Shown: positions 36,048-46,151, counted from the first letter of the stretch. The stretch: 52,012 nt of DNA from an uncultured Bacteroidota bacterium (GCA_937139485.1 CAKZQD010000137.1:1-52012); one strand, 5' to 3'. Notes: generated from the letters alone by a model not told the origin. Numbers and translations are program-made.

Positions 36048-37151
36048 ATGTATCTCATTTTTTCATTGTTGTTAGTAATTTTTGGAATTTATTTGTTCAT
36101 GTTTTTTTTAAATCTACAATTTGGTGCTGGTGTAAGTAAAAAGCATTCATTAACTTATGCAAAATCTAAGCATTGGAAAGCTAATAAATTTGTGAATTTA
36201 GAAAAAACGGGAATGAGTTTTACACTAAAAAGTTTTCCTGGTTTTATAAAGGAACAAATGAATAAAAGTGTTCAAAGAAAGCCTGAAAAAAATATAGAAA
36301 TCATTCCTTTTGATAATTTAGAATGGAATAAACCAAGCGATAAAGCAAAATTTGTTTGGTACGGACATTCGGTTTTGCTGCTACAAATAGCGGGTAAAAA
36401 TTTTTTAATAGACCCAATGTTTGGCGAAGATGCTTCGCCAATAGGACCAATAAGAACAAAAAGATTTAGTAAAAACAGCTTAGCTGTTATAGAAAAGCTT
36501 CCCAAAATTGATGCTATTTTGTTTACGCATGACCATTATGATCATTTAGATTTAGAAAGTATACAATTACTGAAAGGAAAAGTAGATAGCTATTTTGTAG
36601 CACTTGGCGTAGAAAGACATTTAGAACATTGGGGAATAGCGGCAGATAATATTAAAACTTTTGATTGGTGGCAAAAAATAAAATTTGAAAATATTGAAAT
36701 TACTTTTACGCCTTCTCGTCATTTTTCTGGAAGAGGACTTACCGATAGAGCTAAAACACTATGGGGAGGTTGGGTATTTAAAACAGGAACAGAAAATATA
36801 TATTGGAGCGGAGATGGCGGCTATGGAAAACACTTTAAACAAATAGGAAAAGAACTTGGCCCTTTTGACATTGCATTTATGGAATGTGGGCAATATAACA
36901 AAAACTGGAGGCAAATACACTTGCACCCAAAAGAAAGTGTACAGGCAGCACTAGATGTGATGACAAAAAAAGCTGTACCTGTTCATTGGGCAGGTTTTGT
37001 ATTGGCGCAGCACAGCTGGAAAGAACCCGTAGAAAGATTCACTAAAGAAGCAGAAAGAAAAAAACTCAAGGTTTTAACACCCAAAATTGGACAAATAATT
37101 TCTCTTGAGTTTTTAAAAGAAAATAGCCTTTGGTTTAAAGCTTTAAAATAA
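36048..37151 (+). CDS. Membrane-anchored MBL-fold metallo-hydrolase (NAPE-PLD-like)
   Basis: 367 aa. N-terminal TM and the HxHxDH motif as THDHYDHLD. Confidence 0.75.
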   Translation: MYLIFSLLLVIFGIYLFMFFLNLQFGAGVSKKHSLTYAKSKHWKANKFVNLEKTGMSFTLKSFPGFIKEQMNKSVQRKPEKNIEIIPFDNLEWNKPSDKAKFVWYGHSVLLLQIAGKNFLIDPMFGEDASPIGPIRTKRFSKNSLAVIEKLPKIDAILFTHDHYDHLDLESIQLLKGKVDSYFVALGVERHLEHWGIAADNIKTFDWWQKIKFENIEITFTPSRHFSGRGLTDRAKTLWGGWVFKTGTENIYWSGDGGYGKHFKQIGKELGPFDIAFMECGQYNKNWRQIHLHPKESVQAALDVMTKKAVPVHWAGFVLAQHSWKEPVERFTKEAERKKLKVLTPKIGQIISLEFLKENSLWFKALK

Positions 37152-37154
37152 CAA

Positions 37155-37553
37155 TTATGCAGCTAAAGCGTCAAAATGTAATTGTTTAGCAACACCATCT
37201 TTTTTTTCTATTAAAGCTAAAAGCGCATCTAAATATATTTTATCTGTATTATAGCTAAAATGATTAGTGTTTAGTTTATTAGTGGCATTGTAAATGTGAA
37301 TTCTAGCAGAACCAAAATCTTTTCTTTCCATACACAATGCAGCCATAAAACTGTGTATATATATAGCTAAATAAAGATTGTTTTGTTTTGCCGTAATTAA
37401 TGCTTCTCTTGCTATTTCCATAGCTTTTGTTTCGTTACCAATATTTGCCTGTTCTATGGCATATTCAAACATTTGTTCGGTGTTGTTTTTAGAGTTAAAA
37501 ACGTTTGAATTTGATACTGGGAAGCTTGGTGTGTTTGTTCTTAAATTTTCCAT
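37155..37553 (-). CDS. Hypothetical helical (TPR-like) protein
   Basis: 132-aa ORF that fills the gap between neighbouring genes. No motif recognised. Confidence 0.4.
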   Translation of the reverse strand: MENLRTNTPSFPVSNSNVFNSKNNTEQMFEYAIEQANIGNETKAMEIAREALITAKQNNLYLAIYIHSFMAALCMERKDFGSARIHIYNATNKLNTNHFSYNTDKIYLDALLALIEKKDGVAKQLHFDALAA

Positions 37554-37805
37554 GTCTTTAAAATTTTTTAAGTTACTTTTTAGTTAATTATTGATGTATA
37601 ATCAATTTCAAAAGCAAATCTCGGTTAGTAAACCGCAGTCTATTTGCGGTTTATAAATAGTTTAGTAGCTAGGATCATTTATATTATATACGTAAAAAAC
37701 CGTTCCAAAGATTCAAAATGCCTTAAAAGCATTACTTTTAATGGGTTTTATAATAAAAAAAGTAGAATAAATTCTACACTTTATTAAAGAAATAAAAAGC
37801 GGTGT

Positions 37806-37813
37806 TATATTTG
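37806..37813 (+). promoter_or_regulatory. Candidate -7 box for the GGGP-synthase gene
   Basis: TATATTTG ends 4 nt before the first ATG (37818). The true start may therefore be the second ATG at 37827. Confidence 0.3.
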
Positions 37814-37817
37814 AAGT

Positions 37818-38576
37818 ATGCAAAAAATGCAAATTTTTTCGGAATGGCAAACAAAAAAAGCTCAAGGCAAAAAGTCTTTGGCGGTTTTAATAGATCCAGA
37901 TAAAGCAAGTGAAGCGCATTTAAAAGCACTTTGTAAAAAGGCAAACGATGGCGAAATTGATTATTTCTTTGTAGGAGGAAGCTTATTAACAACTAATAGA
38001 CTAGATTTAATAGTAAGCTATTTAAAAATAAATTCGGAAATTCCTGTAATTCTTTTCCCTGGAAATACAATGCAAGTAAATTTAAAAGCAGACGGAATTT
38101 TACTTTTGTCTTTAATATCTGGAAGAAATGCAGATTTATTAATAGGAAAACACGTAGAAGTAGCACCATTGCTGGCAAAATCTGCTTTAGAAATAATAAG
38201 TACAGGATATATGCTTATAGAAAGTGGAAAATCGACATCGGTAAGTTATATAAGTGGCACTTTGCCAATACCGAGAGACAAACCAGAAATTGCACTTAGT
38301 ACTGCTTTGGCTGGAAATATGCTTGGTTTAAAATGCAATTATTTAGAAGCAGGAAGCGGCGCACATTATTCCGTTCCAGAAAAAATGATAAATGCTTTAA
38401 AAGAAAAAATTGATGCTCCGCTTATAGTTGGTGGAGGCATTAGAGATACCAAAACAGCTAAAAGTATTTTAGATGCTGGCGCAGACATTATAGTTGTAGG
38501 CACTAAAATAGAAAAAGACAATTCGTTTATTACAGCATTGGCAAAAATAGTACACACAGAAAAAACTTCAGCTTGA
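37818..38576 (+). CDS. Geranylgeranylglyceryl / heptaprenylglyceryl phosphate synthase family protein (PcrB/GGGPS-like)
   Basis: 252 aa. LAVLIDPDK, FFVGGS, YLEAGSGA and IVGGGIR match the TIM-barrel GGGPS pattern. Confidence 0.75.
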   Translation: MQKMQIFSEWQTKKAQGKKSLAVLIDPDKASEAHLKALCKKANDGEIDYFFVGGSLLTTNRLDLIVSYLKINSEIPVILFPGNTMQVNLKADGILLLSLISGRNADLLIGKHVEVAPLLAKSALEIISTGYMLIESGKSTSVSYISGTLPIPRDKPEIALSTALAGNMLGLKCNYLEAGSGAHYSVPEKMINALKEKIDAPLIVGGGIRDTKTAKSILDAGADIIVVGTKIEKDNSFITALAKIVHTEKTSA

Positions 38577-39493
38577 AAGGAATTGTTTTAAAATCTACAG
38601 GTAAGTTTTACAAAGTAAAGCTAGAAAACAAAAGCGTAATTGAAGCCCAACTAAAGGGAAAAATAAGATTACTAGATTTGGATGTTACCAATCCTGTTGC
38701 TGTAGGTGATGTTGTTTTATTAGAAAAAAGTGATAAAACTTGGATGATTTCAAAAATAGAAGATCGTAAAAACTATATTATAAGAATTTCTCCTAAGAAA
38801 AAATTTTTAAATCAAATTATAGCTTCAAATATAGATCAGGCTGTTTTGGTGGTAACATTAAGTAAGCCAAGAACTTCAACAGGTTTTATAGATCGGTTTT
38901 TGCTTACGGCAGAGTCTTACCACATTAATACAATAATAGTTTTTAATAAACAAGATGATTTAAGTAATAAAGACCAAACTAAGCAAAATGAACTAGCAGA
39001 CCTTTACCAAGGCATAGGTTACGAAGTGCTTTTTACTTCTGCAATAAAAAAACAAGGCGTTGAAGAGTTAAAACAAAAAATGAAAGAAAAAACGACTTTG
39101 CTTTCTGGACATTCTGGTGTTGGAAAATCTACTTTAACAAATGCTGTAGATTCTACTTTGAATTTAAAAACGAAAGAAGTTTCTAAAAAGTTTAGCAAAG
39201 GCGTACATACAACCACACACGCAGAAATGTTTAGTTTGCCTTTTGGTGGAAATGTAATAGATGTACCTGGAATTAAAGAATTTGGAATAGCTCATTTAGA
39301 TAAATATGAAGTAGCAGATTATTTTATAGAATTTCAAGCAAAGGCAGCAAACTGTAAATTTTCTGATTGTTTACACATCAACGAACCAAAATGCAAAGTA
39401 AAAGAAGCGGTTGACGAAGGAGAAATTCACGTAGAGCGCTATTTGAATTATTTGAATATTTTAGATAGTTTGGAGGAGCAGAAGGAATATTGA
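38573..39493 (+). CDS. rsgA: Ribosome small-subunit-dependent GTPase A
   Basis: 306 aa. Circularly permuted GTPase (NKQD ... GHSGVGKSTL). Zn finger CKFSDCLHINEPKC. The TTG start overlaps the upstream TGA stop. Confidence 0.85.
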   Translation: MKGIVLKSTGKFYKVKLENKSVIEAQLKGKIRLLDLDVTNPVAVGDVVLLEKSDKTWMISKIEDRKNYIIRISPKKKFLNQIIASNIDQAVLVVTLSKPRTSTGFIDRFLLTAESYHINTIIVFNKQDDLSNKDQTKQNELADLYQGIGYEVLFTSAIKKQGVEELKQKMKEKTTLLSGHSGVGKSTLTNAVDSTLNLKTKEVSKKFSKGVHTTTHAEMFSLPFGGNVIDVPGIKEFGIAHLDKYEVADYFIEFQAKAANCKFSDCLHINEPKCKVKEAVDEGEIHVERYLNYLNILDSLEEQKEY

Positions 39494-39538
39494 TTTTTTG
39501 AAACATATAAGGCATATAAGAAGGGTAAATTTGAAAAA

Positions 39539-40036
39539 ATGATTAACAAATCAATAATTTTTATAAGTCTATTTATTGTTTTTGGCTGTGATGACATCAC
39601 TAAAAGAAATGACATTCCTAACAAAAAATTAGCAAATGAATTTGGAATTAACTCAACAGAATTAATCTATCAATATTATCAAAAATTTGGTTTCACAGAT
39701 TTATGTGAAGACATAAGAATGGTTTCAATACCTAAAGAAGTTCCAAAACTTTATAAAAATTTACCAATAAGTATAGACGATAGGAATATAATAAACAATT
39801 TTTCAAACAAAACAGATAGCATTAGGAAATCATCAATTACATTTAAAACAAACACAAGAAATCAGTTTTATGATATAGAACTAGATTTTATTGAATTCAC
39901 TACAGATAGTGCTTTGATCATTAATTTAAATAAAGGCAAATACCAAATTAGCCAAACGAAATCGACCTCAATATTAAAAATTTATGACAATGAATCTGGT
40001 TCGTATTATATGGAAATACATAGATGTGATTACTAA
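39539..40036 (+). CDS. Hypothetical lipoprotein
   Basis: 165 aa with signal/lipobox IFISLFIVFGC. No other motif recognised. Confidence 0.45.
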   Translation: MINKSIIFISLFIVFGCDDITKRNDIPNKKLANEFGINSTELIYQYYQKFGFTDLCEDIRMVSIPKEVPKLYKNLPISIDDRNIINNFSNKTDSIRKSSITFKTNTRNQFYDIELDFIEFTTDSALIINLNKGKYQISQTKSTSILKIYDNESGSYYMEIHRCDY

Positions 40037-40144
40037 TAAACCTAAGATTTTAATCAACTACTATCTAAATCATTATGCAAAGTAGAATATTTAGGTTATT
40101 AAAAAGTTTCCTTTTAATATACTTTTGAAAAAACACTCATAACA

Positions 40145-40441
40145 TCACTTTATTCTTTTCTTTAAATCCATATTTGCATGTAAAATTCTTGTTATTTCAA
40201 TATAATCAGATTCATTTGTTCGATAAAAGATAATATGTTTATTGACTCTAAATCCTTTTAATTCTTTAGAAACATTTTCATAATTCTTCCCTATTTTAGG
40301 GTTTTTGGTAATTTCAGAAAAAGAAGAAATAAGAAGTCCATAATATTTATTTGCTTGCTCAATTGACCATTCCTTAAAAGTATATTCCCAAATAGTAGTT
40401 AAATCATTAACAGCCTTTTTTGTTAATTTATATTGAGACAT
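40145..40441 (-). CDS. parE: Type II toxin, ParE/RelE superfamily
   Basis: 98 aa. A.DL..IW.Y pattern (AVNDLTTIWEYT) and GFRVNKHIIFYR ... ITRILHANMD. Confidence 0.8.
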   Translation of the reverse strand: MSQYKLTKKAVNDLTTIWEYTFKEWSIEQANKYYGLLISSFSEITKNPKIGKNYENVSKELKGFRVNKHIIFYRTNESDYIEITRILHANMDLKKRIK

Positions 40442-40442
40442 A

Positions 40443-40685
40443 TTAGTGAATCTTTGCTTTTAATTCCAATAAATGCTTTTCAGGATCAAAGTTTTCAGCA
40501 ATTCCACTATCTATTCCTTCTTGAATAGCGGTTTTCAAAACTTTGACTTTATTTTCTTCTTGCTCTAAAAGCCTTAAACCAGCACGAATAACCTCACTTA
40601 CATTTTTAAAACGACCTTCGTTAATACTTCCTTGAACAAATTCTTCAAAATAATTACCTAATGTTATAGATGTGTTTTTACTCAT
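40443..40685 (-). CDS. parD: Type II antitoxin, ParD (RHH) family
   Basis: 80 aa. SITLGNYFEEFVQGSINEGRFKNVSEVIRAGLRLLEQEE. A 1-nt gap separates it from the toxin gene. Confidence 0.8.
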   Translation of the reverse strand: MSKNTSITLGNYFEEFVQGSINEGRFKNVSEVIRAGLRLLEQEENKVKVLKTAIQEGIDSGIAENFDPEKHLLELKAKIH

Positions 40686-40809
40686 TTTAAAACTATTTAT
40701 TCAAAAATACCTAAAATTGGTATAATAATCAAGTTTATTTGAAAAATTTAAATAAACTGATAACAGAAAATTTGGTTAAATGGAAATAATTTAAAATGTC
40801 TTACATGAT

Positions 40810-41553
40810 TCAATTATTCCATATAGCCCAGCTCGCTTCTGCTTGTAGTTCCAACATTTCTCGTCCATTTTTTATTTTAGAACCTTGTTTTTTTGCTTTT
40901 TGTAGAAATAATGTTTCCTCAGGGTTGTAAACCAAGTCGTAAACCAAATGGTGTGCATTAAGTCCTTGGTAGGTAATATCTAAACATTCATCAACTTTTG
41001 GAAAAGTACCAAGCGGTGTGGTGTTTATAAGTATTTCGTGTTCAAGTAGTGTTCTTTTATTAATCTCTTTTAGTGTTAAGGTGTGTTTTGTTTTGGTTCT
41101 TGAAACTATTTTAAAAGGAATTTTTAGTTTTTTCAAAACAAATTCAACAGCTTTTGATGCTCCTCCTGTTCCAAAAAGTAAAGCAGTTTTATGTTTTTTA
41201 TTTAAAAGCGGTGTTAAACTTTGCTCAAAACCTATCACATCGGTATTGTGTCCAATCATTAAGCCGTCTTTAAACTCTATAGTATTTACTGCACCAACTT
41301 TTTTAGCCTCTGGACTCAACTTGTTTAAAAAAGGTAATATTTGTCGTTTGTAAGGAATGGTAATATTTAAGCCCGCCAAGTTTTTTTCTTTTTTTAAAAG
41401 GCTTCTAATATCTTCTATTTTTTCAAGAGGAAAGTTGAGGTATTCTGCATTGCTAATGTTTTCTTTGGCAAATTTTTCTGCAAAATATTTTGTAGAAAAG
41501 GAATGGTCTAGTTTTTTACCAATGAGTCCGTAAGTTTTTTTTGAGTTTGCCAT
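40810..41553 (-). CDS. aroE: Shikimate dehydrogenase
   Basis: 247 aa. YGLIGKKLDHSFS, GLNITIPYK, GHNTD, and LFGTGGASKA. Confidence 0.85.
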   Translation of the reverse strand: MANSKKTYGLIGKKLDHSFSTKYFAEKFAKENISNAEYLNFPLEKIEDIRSLLKKEKNLAGLNITIPYKRQILPFLNKLSPEAKKVGAVNTIEFKDGLMIGHNTDVIGFEQSLTPLLNKKHKTALLFGTGGASKAVEFVLKKLKIPFKIVSRTKTKHTLTLKEINKRTLLEHEILINTTPLGTFPKVDECLDITYQGLNAHHLVYDLVYNPEETLFLQKAKKQGSKIKNGREMLELQAEASWAIWNN

Positions 41554-41598
41554 ATTGTTTTATTAAAAAATAGAATTAATAGTTAAGTTTTTTTAAAA

Positions 41599-42612
41599 CT
41601 AGATTTTTTTCTTTGCTAATTTTTCTAGGACTAAAATTAATACAAAACCTAATATAGCCAAAGCAATAGCAAGCACCAAGTTGTTGTTTTCACCAAGATT
41701 TGCTTCGGTGTATTTTAAAGGTAAAACACTTTTTTCTAAAGCAATTTTATAGGTTTCAAAGGTATTAATTTGTTTTTGATAAACCGTTAAACTTCCTAAA
41801 TTGCTTATAGTGTCAAAGGCTACAATAGTTCCAGAAGATTTATCAAAAACGGTTTCGGTTATTTTCCAAGGCCATATTTTATTTAAAGAACCTACTATAA
41901 AGCCTGTTAAAGTGGCTAGTGTATAGTTTTTGTAGTTGGCAAAAAGCCATTTTAAAATTTTAGAAAAAGAAAGTAAACCAATAATAGCACCTAAACCTAC
42001 GGCTGCTATTGTTTTTAAATCTCTATCATTTACGGCAGTTAAAATTGGTTTATAAGCACCTAAAAGCACTAAAATAAAAGAACCAGAAATTCCTGGCAAA
42101 ATCATTGCACAAATAGCAATAGAACCAGCTAAAAACATAAAAAACAACGAAGATTCATCATTCATTAAAGGATTTAGTGTGGTAATATAATATGCACAAA
42201 ATGTACCTATAACTAATAAAAAAACACTTAGAACTGTCCATTTAGAAACTTGCTTTGCTATATAAAAAATACTTGCCAAAACTAAACCAAAGAAAAAAGA
42301 CCACAATAAAATAGCCTGGTTTTCTAAAAGCCATGTTATGCTTTTTGCCAATGACAAAACACTAATAATAATACCAATAAACAAAGCCAATAAAAAAGAG
42401 CCATTTATGTGAGCCCAAGCTGCCTTTAGTCCATCTTTTTTTAGTTTTTTTAAAAGTTCTAAATTAAAACTACTTATTGCACTTAGCAACTCTTCATAAA
42501 TACCAGTAATAAAAGCAATAGTTCCTCCAGAAACACCTGGTACAACATCTGCTGCGCCCATTGCCATGCCTTTTAAGCCAATAGTAATATACTCTTTTAG
42601 TCTTCTCGCCAT
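41599..42612 (-). CDS. DUF368 family membrane protein
   Basis: 337 aa. Duplicated PGVSGGT / PGISGS motifs in a multi-TM protein. Confidence 0.7.
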   Translation of the reverse strand: MARRLKEYITIGLKGMAMGAADVVPGVSGGTIAFITGIYEELLSAISSFNLELLKKLKKDGLKAAWAHINGSFLLALFIGIIISVLSLAKSITWLLENQAILLWSFFFGLVLASIFYIAKQVSKWTVLSVFLLVIGTFCAYYITTLNPLMNDESSLFFMFLAGSIAICAMILPGISGSFILVLLGAYKPILTAVNDRDLKTIAAVGLGAIIGLLSFSKILKWLFANYKNYTLATLTGFIVGSLNKIWPWKITETVFDKSSGTIVAFDTISNLGSLTVYQKQINTFETYKIALEKSVLPLKYTEANLGENNNLVLAIALAILGFVLILVLEKLAKKKI

Positions 42613-42701
42613 TAATTTTCTGTTTATTAAGAAACAAAACTGAAGATTTATAGTTTTAAATCTTATCTAAAATCAATTTTCAGTTATAATGCAAAGATGC
42701 T

Positions 42702-44105
42702 TTATTTTTCAGAATAAGATTTTATAATATCTAGAAAAGTTTGGTCGGTTTCTATAATTGGCATTAAGTCAAATAAAAATTCGTGCTGATCGAAGTTGTA
42801 GAGCAAGGCTTCCAATAAGGCTTTTTTCGATTTTTCTCTTTCTTCTAATTCGTATAAAAAAGCTACTTTTATGTACAATAAATCACTAATATCTTCAAAA
42901 GTATTTAATATAGATTCTATATGTTGTAGTGCTTCTGTTGTGCTTCCCATTTCATACAAAATGGTTATCAAGTTTAAGTGAACTTGTTTGTTTTTTTCGT
43001 TAGAGTTTAAAAGTTTATCGTATATTTTTAATGCTTTTTCTGGCTTATTGGTTTTAATGTAGGCATCTGCCAAACTTACTTGAAAAGTTAAATTGTTTTT
43101 TTCTAATTTATTTGCTTTTTCTAACTGTGGAATTGCTTTTTCTGACGAATCTGAATTTAAAAATGCTTTTCCTATTTTATAAAACGCTCTTGCATAATAA
43201 GGGTCAATAATTACCGCTTCTTTATAATATTCTCTAGATTTTTGATAGTCTTTTAGTTTATCATAACACTTACCAATATTATAGTAAATTTCTTTTTTTA
43301 GTGAAGTAAAATCAAGAACTTCAATGTATAGATTTATAGCTTTTTGGTATTGCTCATCTTTGTATAATACATCGCCACAATCTATATATGCAGATTCGTA
43401 AGTTTCATTTATTGCCATTACAAACTCAAATGCTTCTATTGCTTTTTTATAGTCTTTTATACCTCTATAAGCGTGTCCTAAATTATTCCAGGCCAAATAG
43501 TTGTATGGTTTTAGTTCTATCAATTCTTTATGAAACTTTATACTTTGTTCGTAAGTTTCGGTTAGCTCTACCGAGAACCACATTCTACCAAGTGCTTCTT
43601 CATTTTCTGGGCTGATGTCTAAACATTGTTTTAAACACCAAATTACTTCAAAATATTTTTCCCAATCTTCATAAATATCTGCCAATTCTAAGTATAACTC
43701 TCCTTTTGTGCTTCCGTGTTCTGTTTGAATAGCTTTTTTTAATATTTCTACGGCTTCTTCAAAGCGTTCTAAAATTGAAAAAATATCAACTTTGTTAAGC
43801 ATTGTAGAAGTTTCGTTTGGCGAAAATATTTCTGCTTGATCTAAAACTTCTAAAGCTTCTTCATACTGAGATATTTCTTTTAATATTTCTGCTTTATGAT
43901 TATAAAAAGTTGAAGAATATTTAAAGCGAATAAGTCCTTCTTCTGCCAAAACCATTGCTTTTTCGTATTCTAGTTCGTTTAAATAATAAACAGTAATGTC
44001 TCCTAAATCTTGCTCGTCAAATAGTATTTCTTCATTATTTTGAAGTGCTTCTTCGTACTTATTTACTAATTCTCTTATCCTATTTTCGTGATGTTTGTCA
44101 AACAT
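42702..44105 (-). CDS. Tetratricopeptide-repeat protein
   Basis: 467 aa. Repeated 34-aa A..Y..AL/P patterns, for example AWNNLGHAYRGIKDYKKAIEAFEFVMAIN. Confidence 0.75.
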   Translation of the reverse strand: MFDKHHENRIRELVNKYEEALQNNEEILFDEQDLGDITVYYLNELEYEKAMVLAEEGLIRFKYSSTFYNHKAEILKEISQYEEALEVLDQAEIFSPNETSTMLNKVDIFSILERFEEAVEILKKAIQTEHGSTKGELYLELADIYEDWEKYFEVIWCLKQCLDISPENEEALGRMWFSVELTETYEQSIKFHKELIELKPYNYLAWNNLGHAYRGIKDYKKAIEAFEFVMAINETYESAYIDCGDVLYKDEQYQKAINLYIEVLDFTSLKKEIYYNIGKCYDKLKDYQKSREYYKEAVIIDPYYARAFYKIGKAFLNSDSSEKAIPQLEKANKLEKNNLTFQVSLADAYIKTNKPEKALKIYDKLLNSNEKNKQVHLNLITILYEMGSTTEALQHIESILNTFEDISDLLYIKVAFLYELEEREKSKKALLEALLYNFDQHEFLFDLMPIIETDQTFLDIIKSYSEK

Positions 44106-44213
44106 GCGTCTAATTTTTATCTAAATTTAATACTTTAATTTGGCTTTTTGTTCAAAAGAGAAAGTCTCTTTGTAGTATAAAACGAGAAAAACACTTTTGT
44201 ATTGACTCGGTTT

Positions 44214-44252
44214 CAATAAAAAAGCCATTACAAATTTACTTTGCAATGGCTT
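44214..44252 (-). terminator. Rho-independent terminator after the ArsR-family gene
   Basis: Minus-strand RNA reads AAGCCAUUGCA-(9 nt)-UGUAAUGGCUU (one G-U) followed by UUUUAUU. It sits about 25 nt past the stop. Confidence 0.6.
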
Positions 44253-44275
44253 AATAGTTTTAAAATGGTCTTTTT

Positions 44276-44611
44276 TTAAATAGACTCCAATAAATCTCTT
44301 ATTTCAGCAAATCTTTTTTCGTTTACGCTGTAATATATAAATTTTCCATTACGTGTACCTATTAAAAATTCTGTTTTTCTTAAAATAGCTAAGTGCTGCG
44401 ATGCTACAGATTGTTCTATTTTAAGGCTTTTATAAATTTTATTGACAGGCGTATCCTTATTGGCGTTTACGTATTCAATAATTTTTTTTCTTAAAGGGTT
44501 GTTTATAGCCCTTAAAGTCATTGCGGCTTTAAAAAGATCTTCGCTGTTTAAAACAGTTTTTTCACTTTCTCCTACTTCTAGGTTTTTCAATTTTTTTACA
44601 CTAAATCCCAT
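44276..44611 (-). CDS. ArsR/SmtB-family winged-helix regulator
   Basis: 111 aa. LRAINNPLRKKIIEYV...KIEQSVASQHLAILRKTEFL. Confidence 0.75.
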   Translation of the reverse strand: MGFSVKKLKNLEVGESEKTVLNSEDLFKAAMTLRAINNPLRKKIIEYVNANKDTPVNKIYKSLKIEQSVASQHLAILRKTEFLIGTRNGKFIYYSVNEKRFAEIRDLLESI

Positions 44612-44641
44612 AATTTTTTGTTTTGTTTGTTATTGTTTATA

Positions 44642-45313
44642 TTAATTTGTTGTTGTCATAAATGGTTTTAAATACTCTGGCTCTACATAAGCTAAATCTG
44701 CAAATGTATCAGATAAAAAATGTTTTTCAGATAGTTGCACCATATTTTTGGCAGAAAATATAAGATTTTCATTAAAAACTATGTTTGCGTCTAAATTTAA
44801 TAATTTTATTTTTTCTAAACCCGTTCCTGTCATAAAAATTTCATCATTCTTATAATTGTTCAAGAAATCTTGATCCAATACAATAGGTTTTGGTTTAATA
44901 AATGTATTTGTACTTGCATTAAAAAAAGCTGCATAAATTTCATTTTTACGAGAATTCATAGCAGCTACATATAGTTTATTTTCGCTTGCGTATAATCTTT
45001 TCGCTTCAAAAAGCATTGCTTCCAAACCAGAAAAGGCAATCAAAGGTATTTCTAAAGTATAGCACAAACCTTTAGCTACAGACAATCCTATTCTTAAGCC
45101 TGTATAAGAACCTGGGCCTATATTTATAGCTACGGCATCTAAGTCAGATATGTTTTTTGTTGTTTTATCAAAAATAGCTTTAATAAAAGGTGTAAGCTTT
45201 GATGCATGCGAAACAACTTCATGCTCTTCTATTAATTCTATTAAATAGCCGTGCTCACTAAGTGCTACAGATGTAGATTTTGTAGATGTATCTATGTTTA
45301 AAATTAAAGCCAT
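44642..45313 (-). CDS. tsaB: tRNA t6A37 biosynthesis protein TsaB
   Basis: 223 aa. ILNIDTSTKSTSVAL ... GPGSYTGLRIGLSVAKGL. Confidence 0.85.
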   Translation of the reverse strand: MALILNIDTSTKSTSVALSEHGYLIELIEEHEVVSHASKLTPFIKAIFDKTTKNISDLDAVAINIGPGSYTGLRIGLSVAKGLCYTLEIPLIAFSGLEAMLFEAKRLYASENKLYVAAMNSRKNEIYAAFFNASTNTFIKPKPIVLDQDFLNNYKNDEIFMTGTGLEKIKLLNLDANIVFNENLIFSAKNMVQLSEKHFLSDTFADLAYVEPEYLKPFMTTTN

Positions 45314-45524
45314 AAAATTTACAATATTATATTAAATTTTTTACTTTTTGAAGGCTTATAGTTTCTTGTATAGAAAGCTTAAAACCAATAAATAATAAAA
45401 TGAGTATAATTGTTTTATGCATAACTTTTTTAAAGTTTAAAAACAAATGTACGAAATAAATATAAATTTTGCACAAAACATATTTAAGCTTTAACTTTAC
45501 AACTTACACAGTAAAACAATATTC

Positions 45525-46109
45525 ATGAATTTAAAAGAAACAATTTTAAACAGAAGAACCATAAAACCAATGCATTTTAATGGTGAAAATGTATCTAAAG
45601 AAATTATAGAAGAAATGTTGACGGCGGCAAACTGGGCACCAACACATAGAAATACAGAACCTTGGCGATTTGTTATATATAGTGGCGAAAGCAAAACAAA
45701 ATTTGCTAAAGAAACTGCCGAAATGTTTAGACAAGTAAAAACCGATGAAGGCAAAATGGAAAAAACTGCGATAGATAAAAAGTTTGAAAAAATTCAGTTA
45801 AATGCAAACTTATCAAGTCATATTATAGCTTTAATAATGAAAAGAGATGAAGAAAAGCGTGTACCAGAAATTGAAGAAATATGTGCAGTTTCTTGCGCAG
45901 TTCAAAATATGATGCTTACAGCAACAGCAAACAATGTAGCTCATATTTGGAGTTCTGGAGGCTTAACTTTTCACCCAGAAATGAAAAAGTATTTAAACAT
46001 AACAGAAGAAGATAAAATTCTTGGGTTTTTATATGTAGGAAAGTCTGATTTAAAACCAAAATCAAAGCGTTTTATTCCTTTGGAAGACAAAGTTATTTGG
46101 AAGGAGTAA
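45525..46109 (+). CDS. Nitroreductase family protein
   Basis: 194 aa. ILNRRTIKPM ... AANWAPTHRNTEPWRFVI. Confidence 0.8.
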   Translation: MNLKETILNRRTIKPMHFNGENVSKEIIEEMLTAANWAPTHRNTEPWRFVIYSGESKTKFAKETAEMFRQVKTDEGKMEKTAIDKKFEKIQLNANLSSHIIALIMKRDEEKRVPEIEEICAVSCAVQNMMLTATANNVAHIWSSGGLTFHPEMKKYLNITEEDKILGFLYVGKSDLKPKSKRFIPLEDKVIWKE

Positions 46110-46151
46110 TTTTTTTAAGCACTAAGCGAACGAAGAGGCACTAAGAAAAAT

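Noticed and set aside
45345-45440. 30-codon minus-strand mini-ORF (MHKTIILILLFIGFKLSIQETISLQKVKNLI) between tsaB and the nitroreductase gene
   Set aside because: It is too short, has no supporting signal I can evaluate without comparative data, and could easily arise by chance.
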